DNA of 64,000 nt from Paraspadella gotoi (GCA_051294375.1 CM119267.1:2660887-2724886); one strand, 5' to 3'. Shown: positions 1 to 13,507, counted from the first letter of the stretch. Program-made: numbers and translations. Notes: a model not told the origin generated them from the sequence alone.

Positions 1-42
1 GCCTGCACAACGAGATTCAGAAGCTTCAAGAAAAATGCGCAG
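1..42 (+). CDS. CCDC92: CCDC92-like coiled-coil protein, internal exon (5' partial)
   Basis: Translates LHNEIQKLQEKCA and ends at a phase-1 GT donor (43-44). Joined to the next exon it gives LHNEIQKLQEKCADLTFRL, matching the recalled CCDC92 N-terminal motif GLHxEIxxLQxxCxDLT(Y/F)xL. Confidence 0.8.
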
Positions 43-194
43 GTAGCTCGTTATTTTTTTTAAATAGTCAAATAAATTTCAAATTTTAATATTTAATAAT
101 TTATTACAAATTATAATATTGAATAAGTTTTTCTTACGTAATAATAAATAGGTTTATTTATTTAATCAATAGTTTATCTCCCTCGATTATTTAG

Positions 195-499
195 ACTTGA
201 CTTTTCGTCTGGCGATGGAGGAGACGTCTCGCTCGTCTTCCGATGCAGACGTCCAGCGACACAACGACGAGTTGCAGTCTCTTCTGCGGCAAAGGGATGA
301 TCGATTGCTGCAACTCGAAGACGCGTTGCGAGAGCGTGACGGTCGACTGCAGGCGGTCGTGCGGCATCTGGAACGAGAGAGGGAGACGCGGGCTCGCGAG
401 TCAGCCTCCTTCTTGGAGCGGGAGCGCACACTGAAGGCAGAGTTGGAAGCGCGCGCCGGGAGAGTCGCTTTTCTCACCGCTGAGATGCACAAGTTTAAG
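195..499 (+). CDS. CCDC92: CCDC92-like coiled-coil protein, internal exon
   Basis: AG acceptor at 193-194; the phase-1 join restores Asp. Coiled-coil ORF contains ELEARAGRVAFLTAEMHKFK (cf. recalled CCDC92 ELEQRASTIAYLTSQLH). GTGAG donor at 500, phase 0. Confidence 0.85.
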
Positions 500-702
500 G
501 TGAGGTCGTCATTTGCGCAACTTGAATTCATGTCATTTAGAAAGTTTTGAAAATCAATATGCAACTTTATATGCTATTATTGTAAAAAGTTACTCAAACT
601 AAAGGCGTCTTATTTTATTTCAAGTATGGTACAAATTGTACTACAATATCGATAAAAATGATATTACCTCAATTATCAACTTCCTCTCCGTGGAATTCTT
701 AG

Positions 703-1725
703 GTCAACAGAGGCAGCAGCGGCAGCGGAGGGAGCGGCGGCGCTGATGCCGCTTTAATCACCGTCCAGCCGGACGGCGCCGTTGAAACGAAATTCAAGAG
801 AGCGCCGCCAGTTAGAGCGTCGACGAGGGATTCGGCGCGCGTCAACAATGACGCCCCAAGGTCAATGCGCCATCTACGTCCGCTCTCCTCGTCATCCCCG
901 GCACCGAGAACGCCACGACGACAGGTGGCGCCTTTTTCAAGCGAATCGAGCTTCCAGCATCCGAGCGGCGTCGATGAGACATCGAGCAAACGCGTCGTCG
1001 CTGCAGGAGGGCGCCGTTTTCGTCAAATAGCGCCGGACGAGGCGTCGCGATGCGCCGAGGAAGGCGACGATGCTGGCGGCGTCGGTGGGCGCGGCGCCAT
1101 GAGTCTTCGTCCGACGCCTCCAGTGTTGCCTCCCATATTTGGACCTACTGGTCGACAAGGGGGTGGAAGCGGCGGCGGGTGCGGCGGCGGGGGCAGCGGC
1201 GGCGGCAATAGGCTTAACACTAACAACAACAACAACAACGTATTGCTGGGCGCCGAGGAGGAAAATTCTCGTAAAAGCGGCGTCATTTACGAAGACGTTA
1301 GCATCATCGATCTCGGCGGCGTCTCTGGCGGCGCCTTTGGCGGCGTCAAATCGAGCGATTCCGACGCCGTCTCGATCGGAGCCGAGGACGACTCCAACGA
1401 CGCCGACGCAGAGACGACGCCGGGTGAGAGTTCCACGGGAATGGCGTTGGCGAGCTCTCATCTCGGCGGGCTCTTGGGTGGGCTCGGTGACGCCGGAGCG
1501 AATCTCGAAGGTCCCGTCCTCGTGAGAAAGGCGAGAGTGAGAACCGTGAATAGAAAGGATCTGGCGCGACATCACCAAGCGGCCGCGGCGTCGTCACAGG
1601 GCGGGGCGCGGTCCAACGACGCCGGCGACCTCACGCTGGACGTCCTCGCAATCGACGCCGCCGATCGTGGCATCGCCAAGTGGTCGAGAAGAGAGAACGT
1701 GCCCAACAATCCCACGACGCCGTGA
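703..1725 (+). CDS. CCDC92: CCDC92-like protein, terminal exon
   Basis: AG acceptor at 701-702; open in the same frame as ORF 865..1725. GC-rich, with PPVLPPI and LDVLAID motifs resembling CCDC92 C-terminal patches; TGA stop at 1723-1725. Confidence 0.75.
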   Translation, partial: VNRGSSGSGGSGGADAALITVQPDGAVETKFKRAPPVRASTRDSARVNNDAPRSMRHLRPLSSSSPAPRTPRRQVAPFSSESSFQHPSGVDETSSKRVVAAGGRRFRQIAPDEASRCAEEGDDAGGVGGRGAMSLRPTPPVLPPIFGPTGRQGGGSGGGCGGGGSGGGNRLNTNNNNNNVLLGAEEENSRKSGVIYEDVSIIDLGGVSGGAFGGVKSSDSDAVSIGAEDDSNDADAETTPGESSTGMALASSHLGGLLGGLGDAGANLEGPVLVRKARVRTVNRKDLARHHQAAAASSQGGARSNDAGDLTLDVLAIDAADRGIAKWSRRENVPNNPTTP

Positions 1726-1942
1726 CCGTGATGAGCGAGAGATAGAGAGGGAGTGCTCGACGGGCCCAAATTCGATCGCTTTTGAACCCTGTCTTGCATC
1801 GCAGATGGAAACAGAAAAACAAATGAAAAGAAAAGTGGAAAAAGAACGAATTAAAATTCCCATGTTACGACTCTGGACGGTGACAAAATATCCTGACCTC
1901 AAAAAAAAACAAAAAACTTACACTCACTAGCGTACCTCTCTC

Positions 1943-1997
<55 letters not shown>

Positions 1998-2719
1998 CTC
2001 TCCCTCTCTCGCAATTTCTTCTAGTAGTCAAATTTATTTAATTTTTATTTTCTCGCATAATATTTTTTTTTAAATCTGCCAACGTCCATTAACTACTCTT
2101 TTTTATGCTTGGTGTCCGCGTCATCGATATGTTTAACCTCTCAAGCTCTGTTCGCTTCTTTTAAAGCTTGGTGTGCGACAAGCGATGTCAGCGAGTGGTC
2201 CGCTGGTCACTCAGAAAGGTGATCGATTAAATCTTTTAAAAAATGAAAGTAGTAATGGATTTTTCACGCGAATGACCTCAACTGAGAAAAGTAACGAAGG
2301 CTTTTTTTTTCTATTATTAATCATATAATTCTTTTTTTTATATTAATCTTCTTTTTTTTTATTCGTCGGATTGTTGTACCTCACAATTATAGAACCCACG
2401 ACGCATCTCTTTTAGGCATTTTAAATTATTTAAACGAGGAAGAAGAAAAAATCTCCTTAAATTTCATTGTTTTTTTTTTATTATTTTGATAAAATTAATT
2501 ATTGGCGGTAATACTAACCAAGAGATTGTTAAAGCTCATAACTATTTCTTTAAAAAAAATCCAATGTCGTGCTGTAAGGTTTTATGCTTTAGACAATGCC
2601 AAATTTGTTATTTCATTAACTCGTTTCCAATCAATAAAAGCAAATGGCTAATTACGTTCTTTTTTTTTTTACTTTAAAAAACCTGTGTTAGACTACATTT
2701 CTTTCAACATTTATATTTT

Positions 2720-3050
2720 TAAACATATTTAAACAGATCCAGAGGCACTTGGTCAATCTTTATTTGCTTTAAGTTTAAGATAGTTAGGCATGTTAAATTA
2801 ATTTTAAAACAAGAACCGCCAAGCTCAAGAGTGTTGCGTGGCAGTGACTTTTTTGTACCTCTTGTAAGAGGGATAGAGGCCTTAATCAACCACAGCCAGT
2901 CCAATCGCTTTCTCGAAACAAGCGAAAGAGGGCAGCACAAATTGTTGAACATCTTACGATATTAATTTTTCAGACAAAAGGCAACGGGATATGCCTTGAT
3001 GTGATTATTTGTAATGACTTATGAGGAACATGGTCCTCGGACTCGTCCTT
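2720..3050 (-). mobile_element. Possible highly degraded non-LTR retrotransposon (LINE ORF2 C-terminal-like) fragment
   Basis: Minus-strand peptide YRKMFNNLCCPLSLVSRKRLDWLWLIK loosely resembles the YxxRLxxLxLxSLxxRRxxxDL motif of CR1/L2 ORF2 tails. Weak. Confidence 0.2.
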
Positions 3051-3470
3051 ACAAAATATTATAATACCCTTCAGAAAAAATAGCCTCTAAAATAATGCCC
3101 CTAATAGGTGTTTTTAAATATATTTCACTAAAACGTCAAAAAACGGATCAGGAGCAACATTAAAAATGTTGTTCTCTAACTTGATTGCTAATTGGTTGAG
3201 GCGATTCCATCAGCGACGAATCATCATCATCGAAGCTCGCCAATTTCATTCCTTCGGAAATTCCTCGATCCATTTATCCGGTTTGGTTCCATGCGAATAT
3301 CCCAGTTGTAGAGGGCTTAAAATGATAAAGAAAAAAAAATTAAAGTAAACATATGCACCTATTCATGTCAATTAAAATCCTTAAAATCAAGATCACCAAC
3401 TTTTAACTAATTTTTATTTCTTCAGTGTCGCTGTGACTCCGTGACTCCGACTTTCAGGATATCATTGCCG

Positions 3471-3508
<38 letters not shown>

Positions 3509-4193
3509 TATTAATGAAAAAAAAATGCGCGCGCAATTCTTGACACGTGCGAGTGACACGTGCGAGTGACACGTGCGACGCCGATGGAAGATTTCCCTCT
3601 CGATATCCGACGGAGATGACGTCGGAGAACGATGAACAAATAATGAGGAATAAATGAGGATTAAATGGAGAATAAATGAGGATTAAATGGAGAATTCTCA
3701 ATGACTAACATTTTTAAAATGACTTAAGACTGAGTCTGAATGACAAAGATTTGATGTCTAAGACTAAATGACAAATTAATGAGTCCTAATTAAGTTAACC
3801 ATGTTACAAAGGTAAGACTTCATGACGAGGGCTAAATTGCAATAATTTTGATCACTAAGTCAATCAGCTACTGCAGCATCATGAACTCATGCTGTTGCAA
3901 AACCTTTAATTTACATAAAACATAAAACCTTTCTTGGGTTTTCGGTCATTTGGTCAATTTGACTTTTGACTTGCACACACTCTCTCTCTCTTTCTCTCAA
4001 ACGTTAACTTTTCTTTTATTTTTTTATTACCTTTTCTTGTTTTGTCTCTTTTAGCCACTAATGTAATGATGACTTAGAAAATAAGTCGAAATACATTTTT
4101 TTGTTTCTTTATTCACTGATACTCCATAGTGAAAATGAGTATTTAATTAAGCATTCTACTAGTGCATGTGATGACATTAAAGCAATCAATGGT

Positions 4194-4410
4194 TTAACTT
4201 TTCTTGCTTCCAGATAGAAATTTCTGGTACTGCTTAGCTTGACGAATCTTTGTCTTCATGTTCTGGCGTTGATGGAATTTCGTCCTTTCAGCGATCCTTA
4301 CCTTCTTGGTAGTCTGGGATTCATGAAAAGCGGTCTAGATTAGGAGAGAATCGTAAAAAGAATCTAATTAATCGAAATGTTACGTCGTTCGTTGCGAAAT
4401 AATGAAACAT
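4194..4410 (-). CDS. Putative small or 3'-partial uncharacterised basic protein (exons 4410-4384 and 4334-4194)
   Basis: 49-nt GT..AG intron (4383-4335) with pyrimidine tract and CTAAT. In-frame join gives MFHYFATND-TAFHESQTTKKVRIAERTKFHQRQNMKTKIRQAKQYQKFLSGSKKS*. AATAAA on the minus strand at 4113-4108. Confidence 0.45.
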
Positions 4411-4771
4411 GGAATTTGAGCAATACGCCGCGACTCAAATTTCAACGGGCTTTGATGGATTGATAAATAAAAGTATAATTTATAAATAAGTATAGTTATT
4501 TATTAACTTGATACATATATATAATAATAATATAATAAGTAATATTTAATTATATAATAAATTTATAACTTTATTATGATTATTAAACTTTAAAATCTTA
4601 ACCATTTAATAATCTTTAGAGCACCTATATTTATAATGATAAAAAATTTTAAGTAAAACAAAATTTTGTTCTGAAATATCGTCGGAACACGGAACCGATT
4701 ATGCGGATCTGTTTCACCGTCGTTGAAATCTGATCTCCTTCTTAGAAAAAAACTGAAAAGATCGAAAGTGG

Positions 4772-4850
4772 AAGAAGAAGAAGAAGAAGAAGAAGAAGAA
4801 GAAGAAGAAGAAGAAGAAGAAGAAGAAGAAGAAGAAGAAGAAGAAGAAGA
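4772..4850. repeat. (GAA)n microsatellite
   Basis: Pure trinucleotide run. Confidence 0.95.
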
Positions 4851-5284
4851 GGGAAACTGGAAAAATAAAGGGAAACTGGAAATTTAAAAAATTTCGAGCC
4901 GGAAAGTTTAATGTGTCGCGCCGCAGTGCATACTTTTCCAGATGATCACATTATGATATGAATAAAATAAAATATTAAAACCAGCATCATATTTAAGATA
5001 TTCAATTAAAAAATTTAAAACTTTTTATATCAAAACTATCACCAATATTTTTAAAAATTAAAAAAGAATTTTGTATTCTTCTTTTATAATTTTTTTTATA
5101 TATTAAGTAAAATGCTTGATAAGATATAAATATATAATATATATTATTTTGAACTGTTTTTTTTAACATATAATTGCTTTTTCCGGTAGTCAGGTACAGG
5201 TATAAAACTTCTGCGCCTTATGTATATGATTACCNNNNNNNNNNAATACAACGATGATTACAAAATCACTATATAAAATATAAG

Positions 5285-5360
5285 TATAACAGACAAACAG
5301 ACGGACCGACCGACCGAAAAGCGACTCATAGAGTTTCTCCGCGAGTTTCGTAACTCAAAA
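5285..5360 (-). mobile_element. Helentron/DINE-1-like (HINE) 5' end fragment
   Basis: Reverse complement TTTTGAGTTACGAAACTCGCGGAGAAACTCTATGAGTCGCTTTTCGGTCGGTCGG matches the copy at 61968. Confidence 0.55.
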
Positions 5361-5480
5361 CCAAATCGAAGCGAAAATTGGAATCGAATTTCATTTGACG
5401 GAGAAAAAAAAGTCCTGGCAAAATCCAATCTGTTGGGCGGGTTGAGAGGTGGCCACGGAAAATATTACCCGATTTTCTAA

Positions 5481-5543
<63 letters not shown>

Positions 5544-5860
5544 GTCTTATGTGACGTGACAGACAGAGATGGAGTCGATTGGATTTTTGCAGTTGGAGAA
5601 TCGAGAGATTGAGAGATGGAGAGATGGAGAGAGAGACAAAGAAAAAGTTGTTAATCGCTCGTTATTCCTTTGTTAGTGACGCCGGTAACAAGATTCCTGT
5701 CAAAATTGTAGTTTGCGATATTTATCAGACGACAATATTAAATTGAACTTCTTTTGTAGAAATAAGAATGAAGAATTAAATTAGAAAAGATGCACTGTAC
5801 GATTTCCAGTTCAAAGAACTTTCAAGAAATAACAGAATATAATATCAAGAAATAATCAAA

Positions 5861-5863
<3 letters not shown>

Positions 5864-5954
<91 letters not shown>

Positions 5955-5980
5955 GTAATAATAATAATAATAATAATAAT
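5864..5980. repeat. (TAA)n microsatellite
   Basis: Near-pure trinucleotide run. Confidence 0.95.
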
Positions 5981-6828
5981 TCAAAATATTTAAGAGGCTC
6001 ATTCTCGCTTGACTTTCGTTTTTAACTTTTGATGTTAATGATAATTTGTAATATATCTTTTTCGCTGACATCCAATTCTCGAGCCACCTCACTTACTTTT
6101 CCTTACCCTCTCCTTTCTCTTTTCATCCTTTCCCACCAGCAACACAGAATTCTTTTTTTTCCTCTTTGATCCGTTGATAAGAAAAGAAGATCAAACATAT
6201 TTGTCGTCGGATATTCATCACCGTCGTCGTCGTGGTCGTCGTCGTCGTCATATTCTGCTGCAAATAAGAGGCTTACGTCAGCGCGGAAAGCTTCGTCGTC
6301 GTCGTCGTCGTCGCCATCGTCGTCGTCGTCGTGAGATATCGTTTTACCTCAATTCAATTCAACCGTCAGATTCGTCGCGAAATCGTGAGCGTCGCTTTCG
6401 AACGTCATCGCGTAATAATCCTCGTCGTCGTCTTCATCGTCGTCCGAACGGCAGGTGGCGCAAAGGCACGCGCGTCGCGTCGTTCGCTGTCGTCGTCGTC
6501 GTCGTCGTCCTTTTCCTCTTCATTGACAACTTCGTCGTGATATTCATCTTTTTCTATTCGATTCTCTTTATCGTCGTTGTCATCGTCGTCGTCGTTGTCA
6601 TCATCGTTGTCCGCGTCGCCGACTTAGTCGGTTGTCATTATGATCATTGTCTTATTTAAGTTGGTCTCTGAATTCGTCTCTGTCGTCGTCGTCGCTTTCG
6701 TCGTTACCTTCGTCGTCGTCGTCATCGTCATAATCGTCTCGATCTCCAGCGGCGATCGAAGATTCTTACGCCGACGAAACTTGAGGATCGCGACGACGAC
6801 GTCGACGCGCGTGGGAACGCGAGAGGCG

Positions 6829-6830
6829 CT

Positions 6831-6888
<58 letters not shown>
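6829..6888. repeat. (GCG)n microsatellite
   Basis: About 20 GCG units at the end of a TCG-rich tract. Confidence 0.95.
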
Positions 6889-6889
<1 letters not shown>

Positions 6890-7341
6890 CTCATTTGGCG
6901 GTGAAAGCCGTAAACAGTTTTATCCTTCAGATGAACGTGAATGAGAATGATTTTCAGTTGCTTGACAGACAATGGAACCTCATGAGTTGGTTTGCTTGGT
7001 ACTTGATTTTAAAAATTAAATAGCTTGTCCAAAGTCAGGGGCTAGATGGCTGATATAATGATTATTGAATGAAAGGAAAATTTTTATATTGGCTGTGCAA
7101 TGTACCAAGACCCACTTCTGAAACGTATATATTGAACTTTAAACAAACTAATGCGTACAACTTTCGTATTTCGCCTTTTCTTTTACTCAATTCCATTTTA
7201 AATTCGCTCCTTCCGTTTTTTTCTCTCTTTTTTTTTTTCTCCTCAATTTTTCTTTGCGTGTGGCACCCCTGTGGATCGAGGAAAGAAAGTTAACAAGAGA
7301 GAGAGAGAGAGAGAGAGAGACGAGAAGAGAGAGAGAGAAAG

Positions 7342-7373
<32 letters not shown>

Positions 7374-8058
7374 AAGTTAAATTTTGAAAGAAAGTAAATT
7401 TGTTGCTAAGAAAAAAAAAAGCTTTTAGGGTTTCGTAGACGCCTCCCTGCCTCCAGGTTCCAACGCTATATTTCAGGCGCTGGCGCCAGGCGCGAGTATC
7501 AGGCGCGGGTTTCAGGAGCAGGCGCAGACTGCGGTCACAGATCTGGTTAATCGCGTCCGTTCTCAGTCAACGAATCTCGATTGAATCATTCAAAAAGAAA
7601 TTTTTCTTTTGAGTTGAGTTCCTAGTTTTTATTTTTAGACGGAATTCAGAGTTAAGGTCGAAGGGGAACAACAACGACGACAACAACAACAACGACGACG
7701 ACAACTCACGAATTTTTGTGACGAAGAAAAGCGAAAATGGATTCGGGGTCTAATTGCAACTTGATTTATGAGCCTCGAAAAAAAAAGGAAAAACTAGGGA
7801 AGCAAAAACTCTCCATTCGTCGAGAAAAAGAAGTAATGAGACCGAAAGACCTTTTTTTATCATTATTGTTAAAAGTAAAAGAATATGTAATAAATTTGGA
7901 AAATTTCAGGAAAAAATTTAATTACCCGATCAGCAGTGAAAATATTAAAATATTATAAAATAAAAGTTTTGCATATATAATTATTAATTAACTCTCTACA
8001 CCTCGACACGTCCTTGTTCAGACTTAAGTGTCACCGAGTGGTCTCTGGGTCCAGAGAA

Positions 8059-8089
<31 letters not shown>

Positions 8090-8195
8090 AACCGACTCAA
8101 AACTAAAAGGGTCATCTTAAACGAGGACATCTGGTGGCCGAATATTGTCCCTCATTTTTCATGGCATACAATCATTTCGAGTAAAACAGAAGTCC

Positions 8196-8255
<60 letters not shown>

Positions 8256-8609
8256 AGTCCAAAGAATTGATTGGAATCCTGATGAAAAGATTTTCAAATC
8301 TTTTCTCGAGGCAGAAAAGTGACCGGTCGGTCGGTCAGTATGTCTGTGCGTGGGTCTTTCCCACTTATGTTTTTATTTTAAAGGCTTATAACTCGTCTAA
8401 TACTTTAACAATTCAGTTCATAATCGATAAGGAGGTAAAGTATCATGAGACTTTCCATGTGCATTTCGCAGTAGTGACTGGCCGATAGATTTTCGAGGAT
8501 TGTAAAGAGATATCAAAATCGTTATTCTTAAAGCCAATCTGATTGGGAAACCAAGTTGGTCGGTCAGTCGGTCGGTTTGTCTGTCCGTCGGTCTGTCACT
8601 CTTACGTTA

Positions 8610-8771
8610 AAAACTCTAACCTCAAACACTAGTCCCTAACGCTAACATTAATCACTAACCAAGTCCCTATCCAATATCCATAACCTGTAACCTCATCTTT
8701 AACTAAAAATAAAAAAACTAACGTCGTTCCGAATTCAAGATAAAATGGGTCGTTCTGGGAAAATAAGGCCC
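8610..8771 (+). repeat. Dispersed repeat: degenerate (CCCTAA)n tract ending in AAAATGGGTCGTTCTGGGAAAATAAGGCC
   Basis: Same terminal motif after a CTAACC-rich tract at ~12140-12325 and ~19040-19200; reverse-complement copies at ~28285, ~33220 and ~60680. Confidence 0.7.
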
Positions 8772-9173
8772 CCTTTTTTTCAATATCCGAGTTCTGAATC
8801 GAATTCCTCGACCTCTCATGTTCCCCCGCAGATGATTTGAAGAAAGGGTGCTCTGAAAAATACGGAGAGAAACCGATTCATTTTTTCGACCACCCTTTAC
8901 TCTTCGCCGTCTGGAACTCTCTTCCTCACTTTGTGCCTTCCTCCCCTTCCTCCCTTGTTTCTCCTTCCTCCTCCTCCTCATTCTTCTCCTCCTTCCTCCT
9001 TCCTCCTCATTCTTCTCCTTCTTCCTCCTTCCTCCTCCTCCTCTTCCTTTGCGTGGTGGCGAGGCATTTTTCCTTTCCTCCCTCCGCGGGTGAGGAGCAG
9101 ATTAAAGGTAAGTTAATCCGGCGCCGAGGAAAATGGCCGCAGAGGAGAATGGCGTCGCCCAAAACGGTCCCAA

Positions 9174-9281
<108 letters not shown>

Positions 9282-9649
9282 ATTTATAAAGGCCCCCGAA
9301 CTTATTCCGAGTCCAACTCTTTCCATTTCTTCTTCTCGTAAATCTCAGATTTTTTTGTTCGAAAGTCGAAACGATTCTAGGTTTTCGTTACGAATTTGGT
9401 TTGAAATCGCGACTGTTCTTTATTTCCTCATTGTAATACCGGATTTTTGACTTCATAAGTAACCTTAATCGTTTGCCGAATCTCTAAACCCCATTTTAAA
9501 TATTTAACCGAATCACTCAATCCTGATCATATCCCATCGCTCGATATTAAAATATATCGTCAAGTTAGAAAATTACGGATGTGGAAATTTAAACTCTTAA
9601 TNNNNNNNNNNTTTACTGTTTTTTATTCTGTTAATCTTTGAAATTTTTA

Positions 9650-12600
9650 CGGTTGAGGTAAGGGCATCAACTGGATAGGATTTAATGGAATTTCGCTTTT
9701 TGGAATTTCCAGCGCCGAAAAAAAAAATGTGATGACTCGATGGTTATATCACGACGCCCGGGGGAAAAGTCCTGGTTTAGTCAACGGCGCCTCCCGTCCT
9801 ATTTACTCGTCGATATAACGACGCCGGGAAAATATTCAGAGTTGGTCTGATTTATAGAGCGGACCAGTGGCATTGTTGCCATACCGAGTGGCAATTGGCG
9901 ATTGGCCAGTGTCGATTAGCAATAGTGAAAATTTAACGCATTATTACCCAAGTCTAGGTTTTTGCAATAGCGAGTATTATTTGCGAGTGAAAACAGCGAG
10001 TGGCAACTGTGAGTTTTTGTGAATCGCTTTAGCTTTTCGTTTGCTACTTTAATATCCAATCTGATATTTATTACTTAATTTAAAATCTTTTTGAAATTAT
10101 GCTTTACATTATTTTATAGACCTTACCTTTTTGTCTGTTTGTCTCATCTTTTTTCCGTGCTAATTTCTTATTTTAAAGATTGAAAAGGTTTACAATGACT
10201 TATAAATAACTTTTTATACGGGCGACTCACAGAATTTTGAAGAATTCCCTCGCTTAGCTTATTTAGTTGATTTAAAACAAATTCAAACAAATCTTAAACA
10301 TTCTGCCCCTTCCCCCGCCTGACTCCACTGCCGCCCGCCCTCGCATTTCACTTGTCTCTACCCCTTACTCTCCTCATCTAGCCGAAGGTCGGAATTACGT
10401 AGATTTCCCTCCTGAGCCTGGTTCGTCCGCGAAATTTTCTGCACAGCAAACAGCGTCATCAATCACGTCGGTCCCTATGTCGTTCCACGTTCGTCGTCGT
10501 CGTCGTCGTCGTTCGTTCTTGTAATTCGGGTTTCAACAACAATCAGTCAGTCATGACGATAACTTGCGGACTAGCGGGTGACCAAGAAAACAAAAAATAG
10601 ACGATTGAAAGTTGGTAGAGATTATGAGGAGATAATTTAAGGTTTTAGGCGCGGAAGAGAGAGAGATAACCGAGCCAGGAGACGTCGACGAGAGATCAAC
10701 CGAGATCAGAGAGAGAGAGAGAGAGAGGAAGCGAGAGATGAGAGAGGAGATGTGAGAGAAGATGAGTAGGAAGAATGGTTAAAAAATTTTTGACTTATGG
10801 ATCAAGCAAAGTCGATTAGGATTGCACAACGACTTCAAAAGTAAAGGGGCGAAGAAGTTGTCGAGAGAGGAGAAGTGAGAGAAGAGAGAGAGAGAGAGGA
10901 GAGAGAGACCGAGAGAGAGGAGAGAGACAGAAGACGACAGGAGAGAACGAGAGCNNNNNNNNNNNNNNNNNNNNNNNNNNNNNNNNNNNNNNNNNNNNNN
11001 NNNNNNNNNNNNNNNNNNNNNNNNNNNNNNNNNNNNNNNNNNNNNNNNNNNNNNNNNNNNNNNNNNNNNNNNNNNNNNNNNNNNNNNNNNNNNNNNNNNN
11101 NNNNNNNNNNNNNNNNNNNNNNNNNNNNNNNNNNNNNNNNNNNNNNNNNNNNNNNNNNNNNNNNNNNNNNNNNNNNNNNNNNNNNNNNNNNNNNNNNNNN
11201 NNNNNNNNNNNNNNNNNNNNNNNNNNNNNNNNNNNNNNNNNNNNNNNNNNNNNNNNNNNNNNNNNNNNNNNNNNNNNNNNNNNNNNNNNNNNNNNNNNNN
11301 NNNNNNNNNNNNNNNNNNNNNNNNNNNNNNNNNNNNNNNNNNNNNNNNNNNNNNNNNNNNNNNNNNNNNNNNNNNNNNNNNNNNNNNNNNNNNNNNNNNN
11401 NNNNNNNNNNNNNNNNNNNNNNNNNNNNNNNAGAGAGAGAGAGAGAGACAAATGGCGCAAGATTTTCTTCGCTTGAAAAATCGGTCTCTCTCGGCCCCTT
11501 AGCCTTAGTTCCACTCTGGGATCGAAAACAATCCAAGTAAAAAGGGGAGAGAAAATGGCTCGGAAACAGATAGAGACAGAGAGGAACGGACGGACGGACG
11601 GACGGAGCGAAAGACACGAAAAGGGAATCAATCGATTGATTATTTTTGGCTAAAAAAATGACGAAAGTTTATATCTTTGCCTTTGAATCTTGGAGTTTTT
11701 AATTTGACGAAGATATTTGCATTTGAACAAGTTTCTTTTTGGTTGATTTTGATTTTTTATTTATTGGTTTAATAAACTTTAAAGGGCTCTGTTTTCTGAG
11801 AGTGCCCCATTGTTGGTTTACCCTAGAATTTAATTTTTTGTTTAATATTTTACATTGAACAGGTAAACCTATTGTGGATAAAGCGCTAAGTGGGCTGAAG
11901 TTGACTATCCGCAACTTCTTTAAGCCCCTCTAACAGCCAAGGAAAGGGTCCTGGGCTTGGAACCAGGCTTGAGGGTTTTCCAAAGTTGATGGCCGTTTTT
12001 ACGCTTCCTGAAGGGTAAGTACCATTGAGAATCAATTACGGTACCTAATTGCCAAGAGCTTATATTATTACCGGGTCATAACTAAAGAGTATATGCTTAT
12101 AGCTGGGGGTGAACATATTGCAGTGCCTGACTACACTATATCCAAACTCCTAACCATAATCCCTAACTCTAACCAAACCCTAAACCAATATTCATAATTT
12201 CTGACCCACGTCTTTAATCTTTAACTCAAAACCCAAACCTTAATCACTAACCAAATCCCTAACTTTAATCGCTAACCTAATTCCGAATTTTAGATAAAAT
12301 GGGTCGTTCTGGGAAAATAAGGCCGAAGAGAGATACATATGAAGTTAAGCATAGTGCAATGAAATGTTCGAAATGCAATGTGAATTCCTTCGCCAAAAAT
12401 TTCACAAATTCTAGCTCATTCAGCGGAAGAGAATGTTCTTTAAGCGGCGAACAAATTCGACCAAAAATTCAGAGGCACACTCCTCCACAGACTTCGCACC
12501 TCCACCTGGAGAGTGACGCTAATGAAGACGCCCGACGCCCTGGCGATCGAATCATCGAGGTCAGCCACTAGCGCCACCCCTTTATTGGCGCCAACCGACA

Positions 12601-13058
12601 TTATTAACTAGCGCCACCCCTTTATCTTATGGCGCCTGTCTATACTTGGATTTCCTGTCTGCGAAACCTGCTGCTTTGACGAAGGGCGCGCCGTTGGGGT
12701 AAGACGTTTTCGTCTGCGGCGGCATTTGAGATGAGTCATTCAAAAGGGTAAGTCTTAAATTAATCAATGACTTACTGACTCAGTATTTAATCAATACATT
12801 TGGCGCGCCTAACTGTATATTGCATTTAAAAACTCAATGAGATTGATCGTCTTTCTGACCCGAGTCGACTTTTGCAAATGGAATATTAAATATAATATAA
12901 TAATTTTAATTCATTTAAATATAATATCATAAATTTAATTCAATTAAATAAATATTTTATGTAAATTTCCTTCTTTTGTTTTCTTCTTTTCAGTTAAAAA
13001 TCCGCAAATCTTTAAAGCCTTTCCCTTCAGACGATTTACGATTAAAAATTCTTGACAG

Positions 13059-13113
<55 letters not shown>

Positions 13114-13220
13114 GCCTTACCTTCGAATTAACTTGCTCTACTCGTGCTCTTCTTCCAATTTCTTAGACGCATTTGCTTCAAATTAACTTACCTCTTCAAT
13201 GTCTGTTGAGATCAAAAGAT

Positions 13221-13301
<81 letters not shown>

Positions 13302-13507
13302 TTCTCTCGTTCTCGCCGACACTCAGACAACAACGAGAGATTAATAAAAAAAAGGGAAAAAAAAGAGTGAGAGAGAGAAAGAGAGAGAGAGAGACGAGAC
13401 GAAGAGAGAGACTTTGAAAAATGAATTTTATTTTAAAATCTTCTCGCCCCGCTCTGATGGTGTCATTAATTGGTTACCTCTTTGGCGCCTTCTCTCAGCG
13501 GTGGTGC

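Noticed and set aside
174-1930. Minus-strand and alternative-frame ORFs overlapping the first gene
   Set aside because: Shadow ORFs of GC-rich CCDC92-like exons; splice phases support only the + frame.
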